DNA of 64,000 nucleotides from a virus (lineage: Duplodnaviria; Heunggongvirae; Uroviricota; Caudoviricetes): the IMG/VR virus record IMGVR_UViG_3300036944_001243; one strand, 5' to 3'. Shown here in pieces: positions 16,177-26,295 of this stretch. Within the stretch, counting starts at the first letter, position 1. The number at the start of each line of letters is the position of its first letter. A program made the translations under genes and the position numbers. The notes under the pieces are model-generated. The model had not been told where the DNA came from. It searched no databases and saw nothing but the letters and a program-made list of their open reading frames with translations.

Positions 16177-16271
16177 GGAAGGTTGTCAGAGCGGTCTAAC
16201 GTATCTCTTTGCTAAAGAGAAGATGTCGTGAATAACGGGGTCCAAGGGTTCGAATCCCTTACCTTCCTCCA
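16177..16271 (+). tRNA. tRNA-Ser(GCT), type II
   Basis: acceptor GGAAGGT/ACCTTCC, anticodon stem TCTCT/AGAGA loop TTGCTAA, long variable arm, T-arm AAGGG-TTCGAAT-CCCTT, CCA. Confidence 0.8.
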
Positions 16272-16312
16272 TATTTTTTGTATTTAAAATAGGTTTTTGT
16301 GTAATATGAAGT

Positions 16313-17836
16313 ATGGGTCCAAGACAGCTTCAATCACAAATACACTCTGATTACTCTTCTGTGTCAGATACGTGGATAGCATACCGAACAGGGGTTTCGG
16401 GTTTGTATGCCGCCGCTTCAAAAAAAGACGATTACTCTGACCATTTGATTAGAGAGTTTAATCGCAAAATTAAGAATTTAAATCAACCAACTGGATTATT
16501 CATTGCTCCTTTTGATGCAGGATACAGATTCATTGGCACCCAGATTTTCCCGCCTGTTGGTATTGATACCATCAGCGGTTTTGCGTTTCCAAATGAAACA
16601 CTTTCTTCTCCTTCTGGAGTTTCTTATTCTTGGACAGTCGATTCCGTATCAAGAGGAACAGGATCGACATTCATTCCTACAGTCTATGATATTGGCAAGA
16701 CAGTCACTTGCGTAGTAGATAATGTTTCTTATTCTGCCTCCGTTTGGCACCCAAATCAAATCTCTGCGGTTAAAGCATTTTGGTGGGCTGGAGCGACTAG
16801 CGGAGTTTACAAATCAGGGACTTCTAATGCTGCTGTAGATGGAGAAATTGTAGGTTTATTTAGTGGATTAATAAATTCTGAAACTGCCACTGCAATTGGC
16901 GCTGCTTCTTTATATAAAACAGGCTTATTAAGCAGCCCTTGTATTCAAATGCCAGATTCTGCGTTTTTCAACGTTGATCCTCCACCAGAAGATATTGCTT
17001 TAAATCAAAAATACTTTAATGTGTTTATGGGGGCTAGAGCAACTGGTGCTGTGGGCGGAAGTCATTATTTGTTTTCCACAAGCGATACCTCAGAAAATAT
17101 TTTATCATTTGGTCCTTTATTAAGCAGCACTGGTAATTATTTCATTACAGCATCAACTGCAACTGGCGCTGATTATACATATACAGGCAGAGCATCTAAT
17201 ACTGGCTATTCTGTTTATAATGCAGCAGCAGCTTATAACGACGGATTAGTTAGTTTAAGAGTAAATGGCTCTGGCATTGCGACAGGTTCTCTTGGCGGCA
17301 CTGGCATATCTTCTAGCACCAACAATGTAATGTATCTAAACAGAAGCATTGGAACCCCAACATCCGCTGTTTCTAATCCATGTGATTTGACCGCAGTTAT
17401 TTTGACTGCTGGTAATGCTCAAATATCTTCTCAAGATTCAAACAGAATTGAAAGATTTATTGGTTTGCTGGGAGGAATCAATATTCCTCTTAGCACAGGA
17501 GGAAAGTCAGTTAATTTGAGATTTTACATGGGAACTTCAGGATCAGTTTCTGTTACAGTAGGAGGCATCACAAAAAATATGTCTGGTAACACTGGCACCA
17601 TGACTTTCACCGCAGCAGAGATTGCAAGCCTGAATTTATCTGGAAACTTAAATGTAAGCGGTTCTATTACTGCAAGTCCAGATATTGACACGATTGAGAT
17701 CCTTGCAGAAGATACTTCTAAAGTTAATAATCTGTCGTATACTGCTGGATCTTCAACAAATTTCAGCTTTACAATTGTCTATGATGAAGTTGTTGATAAT
17801 GACACTTTAGATTTTCAAGTTTCCCTCAATACTTAG
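16313..17836 (+). CDS. Gly/Ser/Thr-rich large protein, putative tail fiber/structural protein
   Basis: 507 aa, low-complexity G/S/T/N-rich beta-rich composition typical of fibers. Confidence 0.3.
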   Translation: MGPRQLQSQIHSDYSSVSDTWIAYRTGVSGLYAAASKKDDYSDHLIREFNRKIKNLNQPTGLFIAPFDAGYRFIGTQIFPPVGIDTISGFAFPNETLSSPSGVSYSWTVDSVSRGTGSTFIPTVYDIGKTVTCVVDNVSYSASVWHPNQISAVKAFWWAGATSGVYKSGTSNAAVDGEIVGLFSGLINSETATAIGAASLYKTGLLSSPCIQMPDSAFFNVDPPPEDIALNQKYFNVFMGARATGAVGGSHYLFSTSDTSENILSFGPLLSSTGNYFITASTATGADYTYTGRASNTGYSVYNAAAAYNDGLVSLRVNGSGIATGSLGGTGISSSTNNVMYLNRSIGTPTSAVSNPCDLTAVILTAGNAQISSQDSNRIERFIGLLGGINIPLSTGGKSVNLRFYMGTSGSVSVTVGGITKNMSGNTGTMTFTAAEIASLNLSGNLNVSGSITASPDIDTIEILAEDTSKVNNLSYTAGSSTNFSFTIVYDEVVDNDTLDFQVSLNT

Positions 17837-17885
17837 TATTTAAAATAGTAATTATGTTTTAGGCTCAAAAAGTGTAAAGATAATC

Positions 17886-18368
17886 ATGAAGTTGTCTGAG
17901 AAGCTTGTAAGTTTAGCCAAAAAAGAAATTGGTGTCGAAGAGGTAAATGGTTCTAATTGTGGGCCAAGAGTTGATGAGTATAAAGCTGCAACATGGTTGA
18001 ATCCAAAAAAGGGTTGGCCTTGGTGCGCGGCTTTTATTTGCTGGTTGTTTAGAGAAGGAATGAAAGGCAGCAAGTATTCTTTTAAAAGACCAAAAACAGC
18101 AGGAGCTTGGGACTTTGAAAACTGGTGTTTGGAGCAGGATAACTCCGTCATTCTAAAGAAGCCTCACAACGGAGACATCAAAGCTGGAGATATTATAATC
18201 TTTACTTTTTCGCATATTGGCATAGCCACTGGACCTGTTGATTCTTCTGGATTAGTTCCAACTATTGAAGGAAATACCGATGGCCAAGGCAGTCGCGAAG
18301 GTGGCGCTGTTTTAGCAAAAAAAAGAAAAGTTTCTCAAATAAGAAGTGTCATAAGAGTGACTGTATAG
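17886..18368 (+). CDS. CHAP-domain peptidoglycan peptidase (lysis enzyme)
   Basis: catalytic Cys context GWPWCAAFICW and His context FSHIGIATG. Confidence 0.6.
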   Translation: MKLSEKLVSLAKKEIGVEEVNGSNCGPRVDEYKAATWLNPKKGWPWCAAFICWLFREGMKGSKYSFKRPKTAGAWDFENWCLEQDNSVILKKPHNGDIKAGDIIIFTFSHIGIATGPVDSSGLVPTIEGNTDGQGSREGGAVLAKKRKVSQIRSVIRVTV

Positions 18369-18381
18369 TGTAAACAAAAAC

Positions 18382-18699
18382 ATGGAAACAGAAAAGTCTC
18401 TTTTCAAAGAATTTATTGAAGGCGGATGGGTAATTCCTTTGATTGGAGCAGCCGCAATGTCGGCTAGATTGTTATCTTCGGAAGCGAAGATGACTGTCAA
18501 AGAACAACTGAAGAAAATACTCAGTGCTGCTATTTTAGCGGGAATTGCGTGGTTTGTATTAGAACAGATAGAAATACCTAGTTTGTATAAAGCAATTACT
18601 TATGGGGTAATTGGTGTAATCAGTCCAGAGATAATCAATGGTATTGTTAAGCTTGGTAAAAAATTTCAATCCTCACCAGAAAAATTTTTAAAAAAATGA
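18382..18699 (+). CDS. small membrane protein, holin-like
   Basis: two predicted TM helices (VIPLIGAAAMSARLL; AILAGIAWFVLEQI) directly after CHAP gene. Confidence 0.4.
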   Translation: METEKSLFKEFIEGGWVIPLIGAAAMSARLLSSEAKMTVKEQLKKILSAAILAGIAWFVLEQIEIPSLYKAITYGVIGVISPEIINGIVKLGKKFQSSPEKFLKK

Positions 18700-18956
18700 A
18701 GCGCCAAACATTAATAATCTTTTTAGCGGTAATTATAATGGCTTTTTTATTTAGAGGAGCTTTCTTAATCAGCCAAATAGAAGGTATTGATGCCGCTTTA
18801 AAATCTAACAGAAACTTTTCAAAAGAAAATGCCGAACTATTTTGTCAGCAAATCGAGCATTTCAAATACTTTTTATACTCTTTTTCTGCTTTGATTATTT
18901 CAATTATCGCGCAGCTTCATCCGTTCAAAAAAAATAAAAATGTAAAAACCGTTTGA
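18696..18956 (+). CDS. small membrane protein (holin/spanin-like)
   Basis: TM segments LIIFLAVIIMAFLF and ALIISIIAQL; translationally coupled (ATGA). Confidence 0.35.
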   Translation: MKRQTLIIFLAVIIMAFLFRGAFLISQIEGIDAALKSNRNFSKENAELFCQQIEHFKYFLYSFSALIISIIAQLHPFKKNKNVKTV

Positions 18957-18957
18957 T

Positions 18958-19158
18958 TTGAGTGTAAATATAGGTATGAACGCTATTTTTCAACTTCTAC
19001 AAGCAACTCCTTGGTTTTCTGTTGTAACTGCTACCGTTACTCTTGCTTCTGCTATCGCAGCGGTAACTCCAACTCCAAAAGCTGGCAGCGCCTTGGCAAA
19101 GGTATACAAGGTTGTTGATTTTCTTGCTATTAATGTCGGCAACGCCAAGCAAAAATAA
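18958..19158 (+). CDS. small membrane protein
   Basis: hydrophobic FSVVTATVTLASAIAAVTPT. Confidence 0.3.
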   Translation: MSVNIGMNAIFQLLQATPWFSVVTATVTLASAIAAVTPTPKAGSALAKVYKVVDFLAINVGNAKQK

Positions 19159-19439
19159 ACCTTGACACATAAACAAAACTAATTATACTGGGTCGCGATG
19201 AATAAAACCATTTCGACCCAGTTTTTTTTGCAGCAAGAATTCGGATCAGGAGAAAAAATGATCATTGCAACCAGCAAAGTGAAAAAGAATATTCTTGATC
19301 TTTATGCGATCAAGTGCGAGCAGCAGCCCAATTCAAAATACTTCGTCTTGCGCGAAGAAACTTTGACCGAGGTGATCGCTGAATCTGAAGACGTTCGCCA
19401 GTCTCTTCTGCCTCTTGAGTGAATTTCGAGAAAAAACCA

Positions 19440-19467
19440 TTGACTTTCGAGCAAAGCTGGCTACATT
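19440..19467 (+). promoter_or_regulatory. sigma70-like promoter TTGACT-N16-TACATT
   Basis: AAAACCATTGACTTTCG context shared with 13390 promoter; 8 nt upstream of ORF 19476. Confidence 0.5.
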
Positions 19468-19475
19468 GAAGGCAT

Positions 19476-21407
19476 ATGAAGACCGCAGTAGTTTCCTCTC
19501 CTCTTATCGCTTCCGAAAATCTTGAAGGTTCCGTCATGGGCATGGACTCTTCTGGAATGAATCAAGCGACTTATTTCTTGCGCGACAAGATTTATTCCAA
19601 CAAGGTTCTTGCTGTTGTGCGAGAATACATCTGTAACGCTGTTGACGAACACAATAAGCATGGCATCAAAAAGCCTGTGCAAGTTGGATTTCGCCGCGAA
19701 GGTGGTGAAAATCTTTTCTTTGTTCGCGATTTTGCTCATGGTCTTAATGAGCATGACGTTCGCAACGTTTTTGGTATGTATTTCCGCAGCACCAAGTCTC
19801 AAAGCAATGCGCTGATTGGTGGCTTTGGAATCGGCTCGAAAGCGGGTCACTGTTACAACGATACATTTTTCGTCAGTTCGTTTTTCCAAAATGCCAAGAC
19901 CACATATACCTGTATGCTTGGTGGAGATTCTGGTGTGCCTGTTGGTCATATTTATGAAATTGGCAAGTCAGATACTCAAGAATCTGGATTGGAAATCTCC
20001 ATTCCAATCAAGGGCGGCGATGTGTCACTTTTCAGAAATGAAATTCAATTTTTTGTAGCATTTTCCCCAGCAGATATTGAGTTCCATGATTTTGATGCTC
20101 TAACCTTCGTCAAAGACAAGGACATCATTTCTAAAAATGTCGATGGATTTAATGTTCGACTTATTCCATGGGCAAATGTATGTGCTGGTTCTGCTAAACT
20201 TGATACTTATAATAGACGTAATAGTGTCATTGTGCAGATGGGTGGCGTTTCTTATGGTTCAATGAGCATCTCAGATCGTTCATTCTCCATTAAAAGTCAT
20301 CACATTCTTGTCGTGGATGTTCCTGTCGGCAGCATGTCGATCCCAATCAGCCGCGAATCTTTCGAAGATACGCCAAGCAACAATAAAATCTATGCTAAAA
20401 TCAATAGCATTATTAATGATCTGGCCGAAAAAGATTTGGCGCAATTCAAGACCAAAACCCCTCAAGAACTGCTGGATGATTGCTTGAATTTCCCACTTAG
20501 CAAAAGCGTTGAGTATTGCGGCGATATTTTCACAGCCTCCAAGTCAAAACTTTATGCTGATTTTTGGCCATTCATTAGCAAGGTTGAGCAATCAAACTTT
20601 GGCGTAGCCGCAGAAAAGAAAAACGGCAAGTATGTCATCATCACGATTCCTAACAATTTTGCCGAAAAATACTGGCGTAGCAAGCTGATTGATTTCAGCA
20701 AGAGCGTTGGTCGCAATTATTACTTCGTGTCTGAGTATTTGACATCTACAGCGTCCAAGGTTAATTGGTCTGATCATTTTGAATTTGTTTTTGCAAAGAA
20801 ACTCGATTATCCCAAAACGAAGCGTGATACCAAGAGGTATTCTATTTATTCCAATTATGGAAACATCGGAAGTTTCAATCCTCTTGAATTGCACAATCGA
20901 GCCCGCAATGGACTCACTGGCGCACAAGATGAAAAAGAAGCCAAAAAGCAAGTTCTGGAATCTCTAAAGAAGGCTGATAGCCTCAATGCCTTGGCAACTT
21001 ACACGATTGCGAACCGAAATAATACGAATAAAAATGCCAATTCAATCGGCTACTACACATCTTCTGACAAGTTTCTAGAAATGATGGTGAAGGACATCGG
21101 TTGGCTTGAATATAATTCTCAGGAATACCGTGATTATCATTCTGCGATTCTCAAAAAGCAGAAAGAAAAGCAGGAAACACAAAATGCAATCGTCAATTCT
21201 CGACGCAAGTGGTTGGAGTTTCATCCTCGCACATCGCGACTGCTTGAAGCTGATCCTAAAAATGCGCTACGCATCGTAAGATTCTGGCAAAAAATCAGAA
21301 ACGAATCGTCGTTCAGATCCAAGATGGTGAAGACTTTTGAGAGTGCTGGATATAGTTGCCCAGTGTATACTCGATCTGAATTTCGCTCGATCTTGAAGAT
21401 GAAATAA
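19476..21407 (+). CDS. large GHKL-type (histidine kinase/Hsp90/MORC-like) ATPase domain protein
   Basis: N-box EYICNAVDEH, G1 RDFAHGLN, G2 GGFGIGSKAG in N-terminal 130 aa; 643 aa. Confidence 0.45.
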   Translation: MKTAVVSSPLIASENLEGSVMGMDSSGMNQATYFLRDKIYSNKVLAVVREYICNAVDEHNKHGIKKPVQVGFRREGGENLFFVRDFAHGLNEHDVRNVFGMYFRSTKSQSNALIGGFGIGSKAGHCYNDTFFVSSFFQNAKTTYTCMLGGDSGVPVGHIYEIGKSDTQESGLEISIPIKGGDVSLFRNEIQFFVAFSPADIEFHDFDALTFVKDKDIISKNVDGFNVRLIPWANVCAGSAKLDTYNRRNSVIVQMGGVSYGSMSISDRSFSIKSHHILVVDVPVGSMSIPISRESFEDTPSNNKIYAKINSIINDLAEKDLAQFKTKTPQELLDDCLNFPLSKSVEYCGDIFTASKSKLYADFWPFISKVEQSNFGVAAEKKNGKYVIITIPNNFAEKYWRSKLIDFSKSVGRNYYFVSEYLTSTASKVNWSDHFEFVFAKKLDYPKTKRDTKRYSIYSNYGNIGSFNPLELHNRARNGLTGAQDEKEAKKQVLESLKKADSLNALATYTIANRNNTNKNANSIGYYTSSDKFLEMMVKDIGWLEYNSQEYRDYHSAILKKQKEKQETQNAIVNSRRKWLEFHPRTSRLLEADPKNALRIVRFWQKIRNESSFRSKMVKTFESAGYSCPVYTRSEFRSILKMK

Positions 21408-21446
21408 TCCTTGACAAATCAACAAAAAAACGTAAAATAAGTAGCA

Positions 21447-22433
21447 ATGAAATACATTATCAACAACAACGGAATCGTGTTCTTTCACCAAAACAAGCCT
21501 GTGAAGGTTGAAAAGAACTCCCCTCAATATTCACGAATCATTCGTGCATTTGATCTTGATCCTGATGATCAGGAATCTGCCATCAATGACATTCTTAATG
21601 AAAAGAGTGGACTCTTTGAACGCGATGGTTTTGTCGTGACTGAAACCGAAGTCATTTATAACGGAGAGCCTATTCCAGATGTTCTGGCCAATAAGATTCG
21701 CTCGATTGTGGCTGAATGTCTTCCTGTTTCTCTTTTCGGAAAGTTCTGGGAAAATCTTCAACAGAATCCTTCTGCATCTTCTGTCAGGGAGCTTTATGAG
21801 TTCCTTGCCTACAAGGAGCTTCCAATCACAGAGGATGGCTGTTTCCTCGCTTATAAGGGCCTTCAGAGCGATTACTGGTCGATCTCTGGCAACACCAAGA
21901 CCAAGGTGGTCAAAGGCACCTCAGATAGCGCTGGACGCATTCTGAATAGCGTTGGCGAGGAAATCGAAGTTCGCCGCTTTGATGTTGACGACAACCGTAA
22001 TCAGCACTGCTCATTCGGTCTGCACGTCGGTTCTCTCGACTACGCTCGCGATTTCTCTCAAGGAAAGCTTGTCGTTGTTAAGGTTAATCCAAAGGATGTC
22101 GTTAGTGTTCCTACTGACTACTCCTGTCAGAAGTGCCGTGTCTCTGCCTACAAGGTTGTGGATGATTTCGAAAAGGAAATCACTGCATCTGTGACTGATG
22201 AAAATGCGGTCGAAATCCAGTCAGAAGACACAAAAGAATATGATCGATTCCTTAACCGTATCGTGTCTTACCTTGACTCCAAGATTGCCAAAGGATTTGA
22301 AGCGGTTTCTGTTCGCTCTATTCAGAATGCATTCTCTCCAGATTATCCATCCCGAGTTCGCGTGCTTGCTGCACTGAATGACCTTGATTATGTCTGGGTC
22401 GAAACTGACGAAGGATTTTCTGTTCTTCTTTGA
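21447..22433 (+). CDS. hypothetical protein
   Basis: 328-aa ORF; followed by strong terminator. Confidence 0.4.
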   Translation: MKYIINNNGIVFFHQNKPVKVEKNSPQYSRIIRAFDLDPDDQESAINDILNEKSGLFERDGFVVTETEVIYNGEPIPDVLANKIRSIVAECLPVSLFGKFWENLQQNPSASSVRELYEFLAYKELPITEDGCFLAYKGLQSDYWSISGNTKTKVVKGTSDSAGRILNSVGEEIEVRRFDVDDNRNQHCSFGLHVGSLDYARDFSQGKLVVVKVNPKDVVSVPTDYSCQKCRVSAYKVVDDFEKEITASVTDENAVEIQSEDTKEYDRFLNRIVSYLDSKIAKGFEAVSVRSIQNAFSPDYPSRVRVLAALNDLDYVWVETDEGFSVLL

Positions 22434-22448
22434 TTGTTGTTGATTGTG

Positions 22449-22480
22449 GGGGAGGAGGAAACTCCTCCCCCTTTTTCATT
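22449..22480 (+). terminator. rho-independent terminator GGGGGAGGAG-GAAA-CTCCTCCCCC + T5
   Basis: 10-bp GC stem, tetraloop, TTTTTCATTTT. Confidence 0.8.
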
Positions 22481-22938
22481 TTAAAAACAAAAAAATATGG
22501 CATCAAGAAACTCAATCACTGGAGACGAAATCAAGTCAAAAATCTTATCATCTCAAGGTCGCCAAAATCATGATCGTATTTTCGCCAAGAAGTCAGCGCA
22601 CGAATGGCTGAAAGACGAAGCTGTGACAATGATGGACCCTGATGGTTGGCGCTATAATGACGGCGTAACACTGGATACCCCCATCTCTTATAAAGAATTT
22701 CAAAAACGATTGGTTCATTGCACCGTTTCAGGACTGATCAAATCATGACCAATAGACAAAAATACATTCTTGATTGTGACGATGATGGTCACTGGTATTA
22801 TTTCCCCGTGGAAAATAAAGAAGACTTTGAGAAATGGATTGACATTCAGTATGGTCAAGAGTATGATGAGCCTATTCCTGATTGGCTTAATCAAATTGAT
22901 GGTCCCAGCACACTAACCTTCGAAAATCCCCAAGAAAC

Positions 22939-23427
22939 ATGAGTAAATTTTGTTGTATTAACTGCTTTGATTTTGTCGAGCAGTGTGGGCATACCGAGCT
23001 TGAAAACGTATATCCTATTCCAGAGGTAAAGATTGAAGATGCTCGCCCGCCGAAGATTTATTACACTTATGCTTCAAAAGAGCAACTGCTTGAAGTCGGG
23101 GCAAAAGAAGAAACCATTTTCGAAGATATTTCTGAACTGTCTCGACTCTGCGATTACAAAGACGTTGAAAAGCTGAATCAGGTGGAACTGACACCTGATC
23201 AATGCCACAAATTAATTCCACAAGGTAGCTACTGTTACACCCGAGTCGATGGCAGAATAAAAGCATGCCCTTTCTGGAATAAGATTGTGGATTTCCCACA
23301 ACAGGACAATGGCTACTGCCACTACATGAAAAAAGGAGACTGGCAGGGTAAAGGCATTGGTTTACTATGGGATCAATGCAAAAAGTGCGGTGTGAATGAA
23401 TATCAACAAGATTACGAAGAATTTTAA
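22939..23427 (+). CDS. Cys-rich hypothetical protein (metal-binding?)
   Basis: multiple CxxC / CH pairs. Confidence 0.35.
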   Translation: MSKFCCINCFDFVEQCGHTELENVYPIPEVKIEDARPPKIYYTYASKEQLLEVGAKEETIFEDISELSRLCDYKDVEKLNQVELTPDQCHKLIPQGSYCYTRVDGRIKACPFWNKIVDFPQQDNGYCHYMKKGDWQGKGIGLLWDQCKKCGVNEYQQDYEEF

Positions 23428-23429
23428 AT

Positions 23430-24080
23430 ATGAAAAAAACAACATACGGTATTATCATTGATACAGAACAATACGCTGGAAATTTTGAACGTGAACTTTG
23501 CGCATTTCTTACGGGAAGAGTCGGAGATTGTGGCGTCGGAGACGAATATGAAGATGAAAATCCTTTGTTTGAAAATGTAATCGACGTTCCTGATGAGGAT
23601 GGTTGCAGACGACCATGTTCAATTTACCCCACAAAAGGATGGTTTAATCATGGCTGGGGTGGGAATTTTAAAGAAGGTCAAGAACAGGAGGCACTTGAGG
23701 ATTATAGAAAACAGGTTTCAGAATATTACAATCATGGAATCGAGGATTTAAAGACAATCGAAAAAGACCTTAAAGCAGGTAAAACCGTTGGAAACTGGAC
23801 GCTTGAAGATGTTGCGAGAGATCGAAAACATAAAGAATCGGAAATTGAAAAAGCCGAAAAGCTCGAAACTGTTAATAAATATCGAGCATCTTTAAGCGTG
23901 GTAATATACATGGATTCACCACCAACACAAGAGCAAATTGATTATATCAAAAACAAAATTGGCGGATTTCGAGAAGCTTTCTTAAAAGAACATACTTACA
24001 GAGATAATTTCGAGTTTACCGTTACTGGTATACGAACGATGAAATCTTCAACAAACGAGGAAACTTTTGACGTAGCATGA
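23430..24080 (+). CDS. hypothetical protein
   Basis: 216-aa ORF. Confidence 0.35.
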   Translation: MKKTTYGIIIDTEQYAGNFERELCAFLTGRVGDCGVGDEYEDENPLFENVIDVPDEDGCRRPCSIYPTKGWFNHGWGGNFKEGQEQEALEDYRKQVSEYYNHGIEDLKTIEKDLKAGKTVGNWTLEDVARDRKHKESEIEKAEKLETVNKYRASLSVVIYMDSPPTQEQIDYIKNKIGGFREAFLKEHTYRDNFEFTVTGIRTMKSSTNEETFDVA

Positions 24081-24502
24081 GAGAACGCAAATTCAAATTC
24101 TGGTGCAAAGGCACATCTGAGAACGCTAATTTCAATAAAAAAGGCTGGTGGTCTTACCCTAATTTTTTGCTTAATAAATATTATGCACACTTGGATATTT
24201 TCGAATCACCTGATTTTATAGCTTGTCAATATACTGGCTTGAAAGACAAAGACGGAAAAGAAATCTATGAAGGTGATATTGTAGAATGGGGGATGTCACT
24301 CGATCAGAATAAAGCATTTCCTAGATTAAGATATGTCGAATTCTGTGAACGGCAATTGATTTATAAAGTCGTTGAAGTTGGTGATTTACCCTCAAGCTTA
24401 GATTACTTATATGAAGCAGCCCCAATGTCTACAAGATGGTGTAGAGTCGTTGGCAGCATTCATGAAACCCCTGAACTAATTGAACAATGGGTAGAGAATT
24501 AA
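24077..24502 (+). CDS. YopX-family protein (paralog 1)
   Basis: QYTGLKDKDGKEIYEGDIV motif characteristic of YopX; overlapping start/stop with neighbours. Confidence 0.6.
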   Translation: MRERKFKFWCKGTSENANFNKKGWWSYPNFLLNKYYAHLDIFESPDFIACQYTGLKDKDGKEIYEGDIVEWGMSLDQNKAFPRLRYVEFCERQLIYKVVEVGDLPSSLDYLYEAAPMSTRWCRVVGSIHETPELIEQWVEN

Positions 24503-24954
24503 AATTTCGCGTTTGGGACAATTTGAAAAAAGAATGGGTCTCAAACAAACACATCTGGAGAATGCGAACAGATGTGCATGGCATCGGAGAAATTCTTCCA
24601 AATACATTTTACTGGAAGCAACATCCAGATGGATTGACTTACCAGCAATATACTGGTCTAAAAGATAAAGACGGCAAAGAAATCTATGAAGGTGATATTG
24701 TTCGATTCAACGAACCTGTGAAATTGTCAGATGGACTTTTTCTTTCGACTTTGTATGTTTTTGAATTTTACAATGGCTCTTTCTTAAGACCATACATTTA
24801 CCAATCTCTCAACGGTAGCAAGTTCATAAACCTCGGGGAAAACAAACTGAAGCCAACAGGAAGAGCGAAATTGGAGGATAATCCACATTTCGACTTGACT
24901 AAAGCAGAGATTGTTGGTAATATCTTCGAAACACCTTTTGAAATAGACTTATGA
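24487..24954 (+). CDS. YopX-family protein (paralog 2)
   Basis: QYTGLKDKDGKEIYEGDIV. Confidence 0.6.
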   Translation: MGRELKFRVWDNLKKEWVSNKHIWRMRTDVHGIGEILPNTFYWKQHPDGLTYQQYTGLKDKDGKEIYEGDIVRFNEPVKLSDGLFLSTLYVFEFYNGSFLRPYIYQSLNGSKFINLGENKLKPTGRAKLEDNPHFDLTKAEIVGNIFETPFEIDL

Positions 24955-25358
24955 GAGAAATTAAATTTAGAATTTGGGATAATGAATTAAAATGGTGGTG
25001 GTGTGAGGATTCACAATATCTTCAAATGGATGGTAAGAAAATTCATCCAGCGCCATGGTCTACATTGTCAGCAGATTTGCCTAATGATAGTATTGTAGTT
25101 CAACAATACACTGGCTTGAAGGACGTAAACGGCGTGGAAATTTATGAAGGTGATATTATCGTGTTTCCATTGTTCGAAAATGATAATACTGTGTCATATA
25201 ATTATTTTCAAGTGATATGGGATAATTTTTATTCTGCTTGGTCTTTTGCAAAAAAAGACGGGAAGCCACTTACACATACAGGTTGGAGAATTTATTATAG
25301 CGATACAACTGAAGTCATCGGAAACCTGTTTGAAAACCCTGAACTACTAGAACAATGA
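24951..25358 (+). CDS. YopX-family protein (paralog 3)
   Basis: QYTGLKDVNGVEIYEGDII. Confidence 0.6.
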   Translation: MREIKFRIWDNELKWWWCEDSQYLQMDGKKIHPAPWSTLSADLPNDSIVVQQYTGLKDVNGVEIYEGDIIVFPLFENDNTVSYNYFQVIWDNFYSAWSFAKKDGKPLTHTGWRIYYSDTTEVIGNLFENPELLEQ

Positions 25359-25524
25359 GAACCATCATAAACTATCTGATTCTTGTTGCATGGTTTGTCG
25401 CGACATTCGTTGAAATTTCCGCATCATTAATCATCAACAAATTCACAAAATCCTAAATAACTAAAGCAATGAGTTATAACCTATTCCTCGATGATTAATT
25501 TGCGTTTTACGTGTAAATATATGC

Positions 25525-26295
25525 ATGCAAAAAGGTTTAAATATCAGTGGAATTTATCAAATTAAAAATAAAACGAACGGTAAATCATATATTGGAAGTT
25601 CGATAAATATTAGACTTAGATGGAAAGATCATAGAAGGAAGCTTCGCAAGGGGATTCATCATAGCAAACATTTGCAATCATCATTTGATAAATATGGTTT
25701 GGATTCATTTGAGTTTTTAATAATAGAAAAAGTTGATGATTTAAATAATTTATTAAAATCCGAACAAAAATGGATTGATTTTTATCAATCATATGATAGA
25801 TTATACGGATATAATTCTCGTAAATTCGCCAGCAGCAATTGGATGCTTTCTGTTTCTGATGAAACAAGAGAAAAATTAAAAAAATCTCATTTAGGGAAAA
25901 AAAGATCAAAAGAATGTCACAAAAAAATATTAGCCAGCATATCAAAAAAAGTTTATCAATTAGATAAAGAAACTTTAGAAAAAATTAATGAATTTTCGTC
26001 GTGTAAAGAAGGTGAAGAAAAAACAGGAATCGCGAGGCAGTTAATATCAATGGCATGTAGAGGAATTACAAAATCCGCAAAAGGTTATTGTTGGACATAT
26101 GATATTGATAATTTTAAAAAACCAGAAAAATATAATATCCTTCCAAAAGTTACCAGATTTATAATAGATCAAGATACTGGAAATGAATGGAAAACTATAA
26201 AAGAAGCAGCTGAATACTTAAATTTAACCAAAAATCAAATATACAGCTTAATTAAATGGAAAAAATTGATATATGAATATAGAAAAAACTACTAA
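25525..26295 (+). CDS. GIY-YIG homing endonuclease
   Basis: GIYQIKNKTNGKSYIGSSINIRLRWKDHRRKL GIY-YIG motif; AT-rich gene. Confidence 0.8.
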   Translation: MQKGLNISGIYQIKNKTNGKSYIGSSINIRLRWKDHRRKLRKGIHHSKHLQSSFDKYGLDSFEFLIIEKVDDLNNLLKSEQKWIDFYQSYDRLYGYNSRKFASSNWMLSVSDETREKLKKSHLGKKRSKECHKKILASISKKVYQLDKETLEKINEFSSCKEGEEKTGIARQLISMACRGITKSAKGYCWTYDIDNFKKPEKYNILPKVTRFIIDQDTGNEWKTIKEAAEYLNLTKNQIYSLIKWKKLIYEYRKNY

